A DNA stretch of 64,000 nt, taken from Tubiluchus corallicola (lineage: Eukaryota > Animalia > Priapulida). The DNA lies in assembly GCA_030141605.1 (NCBI GenBank), contig JAQGDQ010000112.1:124001-188000 (forward strand), written 5' to 3'. The notes beneath the pieces are model-generated. The model saw only the letters and a program-made list of their open reading frames with translations, was not told the origin of the DNA and did no database searches. A program made the translations under genes and the position numbers. Below, piece after piece: positions 41,567-55,589 of the stretch (positions are counted from its first letter, which is position 1; each line of letters begins with the position of its first letter).

Positions 41567-44500
41567 ATGGATTCAATTAAACGGGACCTGCATCTTTTCT
41601 TCGTAGTCTCTGTAATAGCAATTAAAATTTTCCTACAATTGACATATGAAACAAGTCTGCGTAACGATTATTATTTTCCTAAAGGTAGAAGTAATAAAAT
41701 TTGTTGGGTATCAAAGCACTGTTACCTAGAATAGTTTATTGTCGTCTCTTATAAGTCTTTTCAGTTGATGCTTTTATAGCTAAGACTAAAAAATCAGTTT
41801 AGCAGCATATCGTCTAAGTGTATTTGATGACAACAAAGTAGGCCTGTCTTATGAATGTCAGGAGTATCTTATATGTCTTTTAATTACTCGCTGGGCATGT
41901 GTAAAAATCATTAAAATTATATTTAATTAGCTGCTTTTTAATTACATTATTGCCTTCTAATTGATTATTGACGTATTTTAGCGGACAAGCAAGTCTTCGG
42001 ACATGACATTTGTCTTTTTTATTTCCATTTATTCAATTTTATTGTAAATAGGTGTACATAGTTTTTGTTTTTATTACTCTAACATGATGTGTAACGTGAT
42101 GTATGCATTTTAAATGACAATAAACCAAACTACATTAACTCCGATTGCGCGGCAAAAGTAAAGTAATCTCATATTAGGAATCTACAGATTTTGAAACGTC
42201 GCGCTCTTCGATTTCAGCCAAGCTTGAGTTCAAAAAAACTTGGCTTCATAAGATAGTGAAGTAGTGCTGTTTGATCTAAGCAAAGTTGTTGACACTGTTA
42301 CACCCGTGCCTGTTAGAGGAAAAACTATCGTTTGGTTTTTGCCATGACTTTCGTTGTCAGCAAATTATTTCTGTTAACAGTGATATGCTTTGTCAAAATT
42401 TTCTGTCAAACAAGTAAGTTTTTTACTCGAATTCCATTGCACACTAGAAGCTAAAAAGTTGCTTATCGTTTAATACAGCTTTTTTGCCAACCGCAACTGT
42501 AAAGTAGATAGAGCTTTTTAAGATTCTTACAGCGAGTGATTATTTTAAAGAAATATTTATGCTGCCTCGTTTCTGCGTCATTGAAAAGATATATAGTTGC
42601 AATAATTTCTGATGTGATAAGCCTAATTATATATTAATCATAATATATTACAGTATATCTTTAAATCGTATATATTTTAAAGATGTCTTAAGGAGCTTTC
42701 TATAGAAATTTGTATTGCTTTGCATTACTCATACCTATTTGAATGGATAACTCTATAACTGTAAAGCAAATGTTCGCGCCAGCTGGTAAAACGTCACTGT
42801 TTAACTATCCCAGTGTGCACAAAAATGTCACTGACTCACCAAAAACCTATTACTAATCTTATTGACATGATAAAGTATTTTATAATTTTGTTTGATTAGT
42901 GATGGTGGTCATTATAGGTTAATAAAGCCATCATTATGCCTACGCGATGCACAGACCTACTTGCAAGCATCATTCTTTAAAACATATAACAGTTATTGAC
43001 TAATTGTTTTGCATAAGTAGACTAACTAGCTTTAACACAGTCTTAAATATGTTACAGGACAAGAAAACACTACTCTTACATAAAAGTAAAAATCGACTTG
43101 AATTTTTACATCACACATATGCTCTCTTACTGAGTATAGAACTTGTATTAGCAGCAACGCTGTATAAAACTTAATAATTTAAACTCACACCATGACCGTC
43201 GGGCAGTAATCTTAGCCATAAGTCATTTGAAAGAAGGTTAGATAACATTGGGTAACTAATTTCGTTAGCGCACAATTCCCTAACCAAGCAGAAGTATGAA
43301 TTACTTGACTTGTCTATAAGATTAGTAATGTGTTTTTTTTTGATGAATCTGTGACTTTTTGATGCTCACTGGGATAGGGCAACAGTGATGTTTTACTAGA
43401 TCACGTCAACATTTTAAATTATTAAGAATTTTCTTGACAGTTATGCCTTTCAAACTGGTAAGCGTAATGCGACGTAATAATAATTATAACTTTCAATAGG
43501 AAAGCTTTTTGAGACACATTTTAAAATCCCATTTCTTCCCCTTTAATTCTTTTTTCCGAACATAACAGGCGAGAACGCATCGTCAAATCCGGAAAAGGGA
43601 GCAGTTAACATTGGCACTGACGCCAAAACAGCAGAATCACCAAATGAAATCACATCGTCATCATCAACTGGTTTTTCATCCACGGTACCTGCTAATAGCA
43701 TAGAAAGGGAGGTAATCAAAGTTCCATTGATAACTGAGTATGCAAACAAATCCACATTCGTAATGGAGGAAAACTCAACTTTCAGCGACGTGGCTTCCCG
43801 GACCACTGAGTCTGTCACGTTTGAGACCAAAATTGTGAACAGTGATGCGGAATCGGAAGGAAATACTGCCAACTTCCGGGTAAACTTTGTGGTGAAAGAA
43901 GGCGTCTATTTTACACCTGATCTGAAGAGAAATACGTCTGAAGCTTACAACGTAACGTCGCATTTAATAAGTGCACGGGTAAGTTAAAATAGGTATACAT
44001 TTTAATAATAGTTAGTGTGCAATAAGCGAAAAACTGTAAGCATGATTCAGACTGACGACACACACACACACACGCACGCACGCACGCACACACACACACA
44101 CACACACATGTAATATGGGTGTGTGGGTGTGTGCGTGTGTATGTATATACTTTTGTTTTACTCTTGTAACTAACCGTCAGTATAATAATTAAGGATCGTC
44201 TGTTGTTTTTTCAGTTATGGACGCTTTTTCTAGATTGCAACTGTTCTTTGGCAGATCACCTTAGAACTATTGAGGTTGATGAAATTGATATTAAAAAGAA
44301 AACCGTGACAGTGATCGTAGCCGTGGCCACGCCAGTAGGCGCTGAGAAATCCCTCCTTCTGGGTGCACTGCGACATGCTGTTTATTCTAGTAATGGTACC
44401 ATCGGTGGAATTGTTTTAACAAGCTTTTCAATAGAAGGTAATAATAAGGCCAAATAGCTTCAGAAAGAATCGCTTTAAGCTGCAGTATTTTACTTACCAT

Positions 44501-47500
44501 TACGTAACAAGTGCCTAGCCGATGTCACGCCAAGTAAATAATAAACGCTTTATTTTACAAATATAAACAAAGTACAATTAACAAATCACATACTTAAATA
44601 AGCAACGCATACCTACAATTACAGGGCTCTTTTTAAGCGCTACTGATTAAAAAAATACCATAATTTATAACAAACACATCGACATAATTATCACAGTGCT
44701 AATTGAATACATTAATTCTTAGCAAAATTAATTCGTATCTCTTAATTTAGAATCGCGTATTGTTGAAATTTTATGCACATATACACAAGTATCCAGTAAC
44801 CAATTTTAAAAGTTTAGCATCGTCAGCTTTCTGTGCAAGTAGATTGGCGGCCATAAAGCCGAATTTGTTCGACTCAGTTAAAACAACCTAATTTCTGCCA
44901 CCTCTGCCAGTTTAGTAAAGCTAAGAACATTTCGCTCTGGTGGAGAAACTTTGAACTAATCTATCTTAAAAGTTGTGTGCCTAAGTAGACTTTAGAATTG
45001 GCTAGCGTGCAATAATAAAAAAACTTGGATTGAAGTGTTTAATCAAGACGTACGTAGATCAGTGAAAAAGTAAGAGCCCACCGATATTGAATACCTGTGA
45101 AAGCCTAACCAGCTGTTTGTTTTTGTTATCATTTTATTTGTTGCTAATTTCATTTTATATATGTCTTTATTTGCCATAAAACAATGGTAGTGTACATTAT
45201 ACAATGTGAAATATCATTCAGTGATTTGGCTACACTGCTAATAGGCAAATCCATCTGGTGCAAAAAACTAGAACTACGAGTGCGGTAGGGCTGTATAAAA
45301 AGACAAGAAATAAAGTAAAAAATGATATGAGCTACAGAAAATACTCCCATCTAAAAAAATTAAACCACACTTTTACAAATACAATCTCGTATAAAATAAT
45401 ACGTATCATAGAGGTAATTAACACACGTATGTTCACATAGACACAAAACCATCTCACGGTACAATTAAACATTCGAACATTACAATAATTTGTGTTTATA
45501 TGTAAAGCAATAGGCTACATATCGTATATATACATAGCTTCAAATAAACACCACAAATATAAAACATTGCTAATACTACACACAACCAAAGTATTGCAAA
45601 AACGTTCAAATACTACAGGACGTTCAACTACTTCCACGCTTTACCAAAATTCCTGCTTTTAGAAATTAGCATTTGTTTTAATTAATTTAATTAATAGTTT
45701 CTTTAAACGTTGTTTACAAATTGTGGTTGAATTGACTGCAAATCAGCAGCTAAATTTAATCGATAGAAGTCGGTTAAAAAGGTGGTTATAAAACAATTAA
45801 AGTTTTAAGAGTGAATACAGACGTATGAGCAAAACTTTTTGCAGTACAACAATTTTTTGCAAATTTTAATGAATCCAATAAGTTTTTCTGGTTGCAAACA
45901 ACTAACATGTAAAGTAGTTTACTGATCAGAATGAATTATAATGCATTTTTATTTTTATATTTATTTATATTTTCTAATGTGAATTCAGTCTTGTATGTAT
46001 TTTCTATGGCAATAAACTTAACTTAACTGAAGTTAATTTAACTAACTTGACTAACGTTGCCTTCGTTTCTAAGTGCAGAGGTTTTGAAAAATCTGTACAT
46101 TTAAACATTGGCTATTATCAGTCGCATTTTTGAGTAGGTCTAACATGTCGCAAATCCTGTTTTTTTTAAGATTGGCAAGAGAAAGAAGCAACACTAGCTG
46201 AATTAAAGATTCCACTGTGGCAGCTCGTTTTAGTGGTGTTGGCAGTTATTCTCGGAGTCACTCTGATCGGTTTTCTAGCTATAATGGTATGAGTGGAACA
46301 CACCTTGTTTTTTTATCTCAATTACTTGAGATAAATTATTTTATAATTATTATAATGCATAATTCCGCAATGTTGCTTGTATATGAGACTGGATGTTACG
46401 TTTTGGAATGAATAGCATTTCATTGCACTTCTCAAGTTGCTCGGATTCATGTAAAATATGTTGGTGGCGGTGGTGGTAGCAGCGGTGGTGATGGTAGTTG
46501 TGGCGGTGGTAGCAGTGATGCAGACAGTAGTGGTGACGGCAGCAGCAGGATCGGTTGTGGTGACAGTAGCACGCCGGGATTGGTGGTAACGCTACCTTTT
46601 ACCACCCACTCTAAGCATCAAGCGATAAAAAAGAGAAAATCTTTGCTGTCGCAGCTGTTCCATAGGCTCAAGTTATTTGAACTTACGTTAATGGCGTAAT
46701 ACCAAGCATGTAATTAGTATCATTGAATACTACTACTGGCAATAAACAAGTTTTAAAAATGCGAGATTTTTCTTTGCAGCATGAGACGAGGAAACGAGAA
46801 AAGGCGAAACTTGAAGAAGACGTACTCAATGCGTACGACTTACCTGCGGGAAAAGCACGCACCGGTTCTCCAAATCTTCTAAGAGCAAGCATTACTACAC
46901 CAGACGGCTATAGACATTTACTCAGGTAAAGTTTGCAGCAAAAAATACAATCTGTGGGATGGAATGGGGTAGAATTGATAGAAGCAAAAATTGATAGAAG
47001 TCAAATAAACAGTTCAATTGCCAGGATTAGTTCCCGAATTTCTCATTTGCCCAATTCTGTTCAGTTAAATTTGTTAATAAAAATTTAATAATTGTAAATT
47101 CCTTCCATCATTAACAGAAAAACTTTTTTTAATCTTGAAATTATAAAAATTAATTTTTAGTGTTAATAAACAATTAAGAACCTCAATCTCAACATGTCTT
47201 CGCGTTAAAGAACTAAGTTGCAGATGAAGTCCTCAATAGAGAAGAAAAACTGTTGCTCTCCTGGCAAATCGTCTGTCTGATGCAGTTTTTAAAGTATATT
47301 TTATATAGAAAGGTGAAAGTCAAACGTAACAGGTACAACAGTAAATTGTGAGCACAAACATAGTGAGTTGGACTGTGTACTAATTGTTTAATCAGTACTA
47401 GTTGCCTAAACTACCTACTTAGCTTAAAAATACAAAATGGCAAAAAGATTAATCTCATAAAGCTAGTTTCCTTAGCATGCTTAAAATGTTGCTATCTTAA

Positions 47501-48856
47501 TGGCAAACACGTTATCTTAATCAGTCACGTTTAGATGTGTATAAATCTTTTTACTAACTTTGTTTAGCTTTCGTAATTAAGTATTTCGTGCACTCACTTG
47601 GTTTTTCACCTCGTCGACTAAATGTACTTTAAATAACTTCAGATTTCCGCAGTCTAAGTGTTTAGCTTGTGTAGCGTTTGACTTTGTTATATAGGCCTTC
47701 AGTATGAATACACTAAATAAGCATTTAACTTGGATTCGTTTATGGTACACTAATAGAAATGCGTTTTACAAATTTTTGACAAGTGTGTCAATGGTGTGAC
47801 GTCCAAATTCTATTTTGGTTAGTAACAAAGAATACTTATTTATGGTTCTCTGATCTTAACTACGGCTAACACTATAACAGGTATGATACAAATCGTAGAG
47901 AAAGTGATGACCCGTTATCTGCTTCCTACGAGTCTGTGATATACACGGATAACAAAGGCAATGAAGTAACCGAGACAAAGGTAAAATTGTACAATTGCAT
48001 TTAAGGGTTTTAATTTTATTCTTTATGATTCTTGATATGTCATTCATTATGTAAACATGTTTTTATTAATTTCTGGGTATTCCAAGAAATGCGCACTAAT
48101 ACAAAAAAGGTACCATACACTACAATATAATATAATATAACAGTATGAGTAAGTGAAACATTTTGCTAACACTTATGTCATTCTCTTGATGCTGTAGCTA
48201 GGCATGTGATAATCTAGTGCAGACTTCCTTCTCTGTAATTCTAATTATCCACTTTCTTTACTATTCTTGTGTTGAATTTCCGGTTGCCAGTTGATCTTGC
48301 GACCGCAAGTTGACACACAAACAAATCATCTGTACTACTCTTCAGTTAATCAAGCTGCTCGACACTAAGCCAAATCAACTAAAGCACTTAAGCACAGAGA
48401 CAAATTAACTACACTACTTGGCACGGAGACAAATCAATTATACTAACTGACACAAAGACAAATCAACTATATTGTTTGGCACAAAGACAAGTCAACTATA
48501 CTACTTGACACTGAGATCACTATACTACTCTTGGACATATCAAATACGCACTACTTGACACTAAAATAAATTGACTATGCTACTGTATACAAAGACAAAT
48601 CAACTATACTACTTGTCACAGAGACATATCAGTTCTACTACTGTTGAGTCTTTGTCTGATACTGCTTAACACAGGAACAAAGCAACTATATTGCTGCTGT
48701 GGAGTCTTTCTTGTTGTACTTTGTAAATCCAATATTTGCATTTTCTAATCCAATTTTTAGGAAATGCCAGGTTTCAGAAATCCATTATTCTCAGATTCGA
48801 AGTCGAGCACGGAGGAAGAATTGACCAACGTCCACGAGCTTTCTACTCGACTGTAA
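41567..48856 (+). CDS. Uncharacterised type I transmembrane protein with S/T-rich stalk and SEA-like domain (about 402 aa, 7 exons)
   Basis: Exons 41567-41684, 43569-43978, 44215-44437, 46171-46286, 46780-46925, 47881-47980 and 48761-48856 are all GT-AG and in frame. Features: N-terminal hydrophobic leader, S/T-rich region with N-glycosylation sequons, SEA-like FTPDLKRNTSEAYN...LWTLF, TM IPLWQLVLVVLAVILGVTLIGFLAIM, and a tail ending STRL*. Confidence 0.8.
42782..43399. mobile_element. MITE/foldback element with about 80-bp terminal inverted repeats
   Basis: CTGGTAAAACGTCACTGTT...TATCCCAGTGTGCA...ATTACTAATCTTAT (42782-42862) is the reverse complement of 43316-43399. Related end fragments occur at about 8579-8650 and 13018-13057. 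Confidence 0.75.
44057..44150. repeat. (CA)n/(GCAC)n/(GT)n microsatellite
   Basis: Direct inspection. Confidence 0.85.
45215..45447 (+). repeat. Dispersed repeat family C, copy 2
   Basis: Aligns with 9697-9908, with an extra internal segment of about 30 bp. Confidence 0.85.
48360..48700 (+). repeat. Diverged 29-bp minisatellite, about 11 units, consensus ACACAGAGACAAATCAACTATACTACTTG
   Basis: Head-to-tail units with no spacers, in the last intron of the SEA-like gene. Confidence 0.88.
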
Positions 48857-49797
48857 AGCAAGAGAAGCTATATGTTCAATATGTTGCAAAGGCTAGAACA
48901 ATCTGCCCTTGTTACATAATATAATGAGTTCCATTATTTTCGATGTGTCGAGGCACTGTGGCTTTATTTACATTTTAACATTTACAGCTCAACCGAAAAA
49001 AATGCACCTTTCAGTGCTTCGGAGTTATTAGAGAAAACGGAATTGTTAGATCAAATCTGCAAAAATGCACAAAATTGATGACTGATTATCCTGATGCACT
49101 ATTGTATATGTATTGTAGCGTGGAAAATTTTGTATAAGCGATAACTGTTATAAATATACATTGTTTGAAACCTTGGTTCCATATTAATGTTATGTAAAAA
49201 AAATATCGTTACATAATTGTTTTGTTTATGTAAAAAGTATCATTACATAGTTGCATTATTTTTGATTAATCAATGATTGTCTAATAAAGGCTTTAATAAC
49301 TAGTGCAGATATTGAACTCATTGATAGTTTTATTAGCAAATCCAACTTACATTAAAGAATCGGTCATTTTAACAAATTTAAACTAAATAAATAAATATCA
49401 AATATAATAAATGTTCGGGTGGCTGCTGTATCTCACTGAAAAAGATAACATTTCATTAGTTACATTTCAAAAGTGCAGTCTTCAGAGCAATTTATTAGTA
49501 CAACTTATTACCATTTCAACTATCTAAACTTGTGCAGATTAAGCAATGCATCATCTACTAAAAATGAATTATAACAGCAAATTATCACATATAAGACATA
49601 ATCATAATAGGCCTGTATAAGAGGCTGCTATAGCTTGGTTTCGTGGACTAAGATTTGCTAACAGCGAACTCGTTATAGTGAAAATTATAAATATTAGCTT
49701 CTGGCTTAAAAACTGAAACCTTGAAAATGTAAACTTCATTGATCACTCTTCGGCGTTCTTTTTGGCCTGCAACTTTGTCACACCTACCTGCAAGGTG

Positions 49798-52616
49798 TTA
49801 ATGACTGCCCAATGTTACGTCACTTCCCGCCAAAGTTTCATCAGACTTTCTTGGAGAAACTCCACCTTGTCTGGTAGCGTTTGACAAAACTAACGTCATT
49901 TCCTTGGTTACAATGGTCTTGTCGTAGCTGCTGAGTTCTCCAGTTCGGTTTGTCTTTTCCAAGGCCTCTGTGTTAATGAAAAGACAATTTTTACAGTACA
50001 AAATATTTAAGTAAGGTTGATAATTACGGCAGCCTTGCCTGGAAGAATAAATCCTCACTTTTATAAGCAAAAGATAAGATAACTTTTATTTAACGTTTCG
50101 ATCGCCTAAATGAATAGACTAACATGAACAGTTAAAGCAGTTTATCGGCAATATATGATTATAAAATCAACCGAGAAAATAAATATAAAAAAAAAACGTC
50201 TTAAAATCTAGTACAGAGAATGTCTACTTTAGCATAAATTAATCTAAAGATAGCAATCTTGATATAAAACTTGATAAAACTTTAGTTGAATTAATATAGG
50301 TAAATTATTATAAATGCTAATGCTTAAATTTTGAAATCAATAAAATTGCTAAAACTAGAATGTATTATAAGATTTAAAATAATGCTTTTAAGTAACAAAT
50401 TATGAGTTGAGAAACTATTGTTAAAACCGGTACTGTCAAAAATGCATATAATTGGGAGTCTAAATAGTGAAAGCATTTCTTTAATAATGACTCAGGATTG
50501 TGAAGGCAGAACAATGGTTAAATGATGGGTCAATCAGCAAGTCCGTCAGTCGATCAGTCTGTCCATCATACCATCGAATGATTAAAAAGGTCTTCCGTTC
50601 AGCAGTCAGGTTGATGGACGGCTAATTGGTTGGTAGGTTAGTTAGTCATGGTATTAATTTTGACTACTTTTGCCACACGTGTTGCAGTGGTACATGACGC
50701 ATCAAGTTTTATTTATTCATTATTCTTGATAAACTGTCAAACAATGAGGGAGTCTATTCATTTAATCTATTACCACATGTTCTCGCATGTTTGTTATAAT
50801 ACTGTAATAACAACAGTGGTAAACGCAAAAAAGAGGCATGAATAAAATCCAGCTTACCGTAGATAACAGAGTAAAGTTCTGTGTCTATGAATGAACGTTT
50901 TTTTGTACGTTTTCCCTCCAAAGTGAACTGACACATGACCTCAGGCGCCATCAACCGGCGCATGTAGGTTTTAATACGTATTGACAGTTCACACGGTAAG
51001 CGACAGAGTCCAGCAATCTAAAACACAGTTAAAAAGTAGAAAGATTTTACTTCCAATAATTCATATAATATGTACACTTAAAGATAAAATAGTTGTAATA
51101 AATTTAGAGTTAAAATCTGCATAAACCCACTGAGATAAATATGTTAAAAGAAATGAACTTTAAAAGGCTGTTATTCAACCTGGACTGAGCCAAAGACTTT
51201 TAAGCTAAAAACGGCTCAAATCCAGAACTCTTACAACCTTTTTGCGATTCTGTTTTTTCGACATATTTGGCCTCGAAAAGTTAGTATAATAAATAGAATC
51301 AGTCACTAAATATCAAACTAGTCCGACTTTCTATAGCAACTGCTGCATTAACACTTTGAAACAATATGAAATCCATACCATTTTTCTTTTTTCATCGTCT
51401 TTATATAGGAACTTTTCAAATTTGTCAAAATCTTCAATGCTCTCAATCGGTTTGCTCAGCATTTTGTCAAGGACGTCCAGTGGATCTTCATAAGCCCTAT
51501 TTAGCAGAAGCGCATCGATCTTTTCCTCAATCCGGTCCATTTGCATTTTCAAAACTTTTACTTCGTTACCAGTGTCTAAATGACAAAGAATTAAAATGTG
51601 TGAGAGATACATCTCCTCCCTTTTGTGGCTTCTGCTTCGGAAAGGGCGGCTTGTTTTGTTTATTTTTTAAATTTATTTAATCCAAAAATGCGGGAAAGCT
51701 CGATTGTTGCTTAAAATTTGCCTTAAGTTCAAAAACCTTATCTTCGTTCAAGACTCAAATAAACTTGAAATTGTTAGTACTACATCCTGCTACTTGGTTG
51801 TATTGTTTAGCTGAAGAAAAACCAAGAACAGATAATTAAAATATGCGCATAAGTATTAAACAAAATTATATAATGATATATACAATGAGACGATTAAACA
51901 GATTAGTACAACAATAGCTTTTGGTCTACTACATACCGACAATAAACGGCCTGTAAGATAAAATTAATACATGACATGACACAAAGCACATTATAAATTA
52001 AACGTTTGTAGTAGAACAACAGAACCTCAGGATATCTTCAACAGGATCTTCCAGGAGATAAGGTGAGCTACTATGCTAACTCAATCTAGGACAGGTTGGG
52101 ATCAAAGTGTATAAACTTCAGACAGAAGAAACCTCTTAGAAATAGAATAGATTCTTCATTTAATGAACAATTATGCCAAATGCCAAGTAATAATACCTGC
52201 AGACTTTTTCAGAAAGGTTGTACCTTCATTAATAAACCTGTTTGCTGGAGCAGAGGCAGATCCAAGCAACCTGGGTAAATAAGAAAAACCCTTGGCCTCG
52301 GTATACGCCATATTGGTGTATTTCTGGACAACTGCTATCTATGTATTCACTATTGCTGAAGTCTCAGCCACCGTCACGACCATCAACAGCAGCAGTAGCT
52401 ACTGCTTACAAACTACAACCCTATCATCACATCGCCATCAATGTCAATATTATCTTCGACATTGTCATCGTTGCCATTATCATCATCAACGTAATTGTCA
52501 TTTTGTCATCGTCACCGCCATCATTTTATTTTAATAACTGGCTTACCACTACTGCTGCAGATATTCTTTTTAAGTACATCCAAAGCACTGGCCACTTCAT
52601 GTTCCTTGTTTGGCAT
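49798..52616 (-). CDS. DUF4806 (BEN-like) domain protein with N-terminal coiled coil, about 198 aa
   Basis: Exons (minus) 52547-52616, 51379-51575, 50858-51017 and 49798-49967 splice in frame. Coiled coil LKMQMDRIEEKIDALL, then PIESIEDFDKFEKFL...MRRLMAPEVMCQFTLEGKRTKKRSFIDTELYSVIYEAL, which matches the DUF4806 pattern. The first exon is the least certain. Confidence 0.7.
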
Positions 52617-54632
52617 AATGTGAGATGTCAGGTAGACTGGAGAAAAATGAAAATAGTCAAATGTCTGCTTCACTAAACTCTAATATAAAATCATCAAAAA
52701 GATTCAGGATTTTAATGAAACGAAACGAAGCTAGCGAGTTGTTTGTAGCAAGCAAGTTAAATCTGCCATGGAATTATCATTAGCAGCCTATCCTGCTCTA
52801 GAATGGAATCACTGAATCAGTAATTATCCCAAAGGACTACCTACAACAACTTCAGTATAAAATCATAAAACGATTAGTTACAGTTAAGTTTTGTTACAAA
52901 TTTAACGTCTTTTCAAGAACATAATTTTCATAATTTACTTTTTGTTTTAACGTACACTATATAGACATAAAGCGCGCTGTCATTTTACAAATGTGAAGAA
53001 AGGGAAACAAAGCCAAATGGTCATCTGGTATGCTGCCCTATCCAATTCGGTTATTGTTAAACAAATTTCTGTAAGTTTTAAAAAAAGTTTGGTAAATTTT
53101 TAAAATTATTGTAGGTAATTTAATGTACGTTTATAGACAAGTGTGCATTTTTAATTTTATGTATTAATGTAATTATGACTTTCATTAATTACCACTAGCA
53201 CAATATTAATGTTACTAACATCTAATTAGAGGTGACTGACTGGGTGACCGTATGGACTTTCATCACCTCTATTCATATTTATCTGTACAATATGCACTAA
53301 CATCTTAACTACTGCATTAAGTTTATGAAGCTAAAAAATGTATTATTATTATTACTATTGTACGTACCTCGGACTCCATACGTTGTTACGAGGAATGTCG
53401 TGAACTGTGAAGTAGTATCACTATATCAACCAATCCGTCACGGTTGTGACCGCTGCTGTATGGAGGTAATTTTAGTTTGTGAAGACCCACGACGCGATTG
53501 TTAACTGTGTACAGGCGTAAGCATAGCGTGGATTATGTGGTTTCTGTTCCATTGGGTCTCAATTAATAGACTTTCTATTTAGTATACTCGTCTCTTTGTG
53601 GAGTCTTAACATTTTTCTGTCATTTGGAAGTCTTATGTTTGGCCGAAATAAAGCTGCACAGTTGCCGCTGAAAACGCCATAATTTCATGAACTTTATGGA
53701 AGACTTAATGGAAAACTTTATAAACTATGAATAATCAAAAATGATAAATCTGCATGTTTAGGCATTGCTCAGTAAAGAACTGTACGTTCAACCCTTAAAT
53801 TAATAACACAAATAATGCAGTTAGTAAACATGAGGAAAAATTTACTACTGAAAAAATACAAATGAAACGAGATGACCTAGCGATTATTGTACAATTACTA
53901 CAAGTTCGTGTATATAATTTATTGTATGTCATATGCATGTAGAAAATCTAAAACAAAATGTCGATTCAATTTATTTCAATTGAATTAAATCGGATGACTA
54001 AATTACTGAAATATATATTATGTAAATAGACATTATATTATATCGTTTTAACAATCATGAAAAAATTGAATCTGATAGTAGTAGCACGAGAAAGGAATTT
54101 GTCTGCAGCACACTGTTTGACGCAAGTGGTCTCACACAAAATTTGCCCACACACAAAAATTTCGTATGAAGCAACCCTTGTGCTTTGGGTAAAAACTTTA
54201 AACACTTTCCAGAAGACACGTGAAAAAACAATGTTTTTATTGGTTTGATCTGTTTTTGTCTGACCCAAATTGACAAATTGTTGTACCGAGCCCGCACACG
54301 GGGGCAGGATGAGATCGTCTCAGACGGAAAACTAAAGTACGCTCGTTTAATAAAAATCTTTAGGCGTTGCTAAAACAGCATTTATCCAGAGTGCACACGA
54401 GCATAAATCTAAGTCAGACAAGTTCTTGTAGACGGACTTTGCATTGTGTGCGCCGGTTATCAAAGTTCTGCTTTCAACTAACTCTCAAAGTTTTTAAAAC
54501 TGCATGACGGTTCAGGGTAAAATAGTTCCGGCACCAAACAATCTCCAAAGTTGGTTTTAATCTTGCGTCATTGAAGAGGAAAATGTTAGAAAATCTTTGC
54601 CCGTGTTTTAAAACAAGAATCATCAATATTGT

Positions 54633-55130
54633 CGTCATCATCATCATCATATACCAATTACGTCTATTGTAGAGATTGATTTGGCAGGCAGACTTCTAAA
54701 ATAAAAGTAAAAACAGCAATAATCCAGTAAAAAAACTGGATTCTACTATGCCAGTGGCCTGTTTGCACCACTTCCGAGCCAAACAATAATCAATTGAAAA
54801 ACAAAAAGAGAGTTTCTGTAAAATCCTATAAAGCTTTTTAAGGTATAAAACGTTTGAAAATCAACTTTGCAATAACATAATAAAACCAGAATGGCACTTA
54901 AGCCTCCGCCAAAGCTTGTGGAGTATAATTTACTAAGCGCTACTACATTAAGACGTCGCCTGTTGTTCTGATGTCATCTGATGCTGTTCTTTATTGACGC
55001 ACCCTCATCATCATCATCATCATTTGCCCATTACATCTATTGCAGGCACTGGACAGGTAAATAGGTAAATAGTAAACACAGCAGAAACTCAGCAAAAAAT
55101 AGCCAGTGGCTTGTCAGCACCACTTCCGAT
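54633..55130 (-). repeat. Two diverged direct repeats (54633-54779 and 55006-55130), each with a (TCA)n end; probably retroposon 3' tails
   Basis: (TCA)n-...CATTAC.TCTATTG...AGTAAA.ACAGCA...GCCAGTGGC.TGT..GCACCACTTCCGA occurs in both. Confidence 0.7.
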
Positions 55131-55589
55131 AAAAGAATGACGTACCCTTGCGTTTTGTAATTTTTACAGTGCTCTATTATGTCATCACATAAAATTTTCC
55201 CAAGCAGCCGTATAGTTGATCAATAATTTAGTGATTTTTTTCTCAATCCTTGATACATCAAAACAAAATTGAAAGCGATCTTCCTTCTCCTGTTCCTCGT
55301 CTCTCCAGAAAAGTTCGTGAAAATTGGTTGTCTTTGTTTCTAAACTAACAAACAGATCAGTAAACAGGCCAACAGCAATGAAAACTTTTGCCTCCATGGC
55401 CGAGGTAAATACTTAACCATTGGAAAAAAGACAATCGACAAAGTCAAAATTTATTTACCCTCGCTCATTTAACAGACATCATTAGCATTAAAGACTATTT
55501 AGCGACTTACACATGCAACAGGTAAGGGCGCAATCTATAAAGAATAATATGTGGGGGTATATGGGGTATATGCCCTGGAGTTGGCAACC

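Noticed and set aside
48360-48700. 29-bp repeats as a possible CRISPR array
   Set aside because: Units are head-to-tail with no unique spacers, there are no cas genes, and the context is a eukaryotic intron.
52027-52410. Additional exons of the DUF4806 gene
   Set aside because: Candidate acceptor/donor pairs give stop codons in the required phase. The simpler 4-exon model is open without them.
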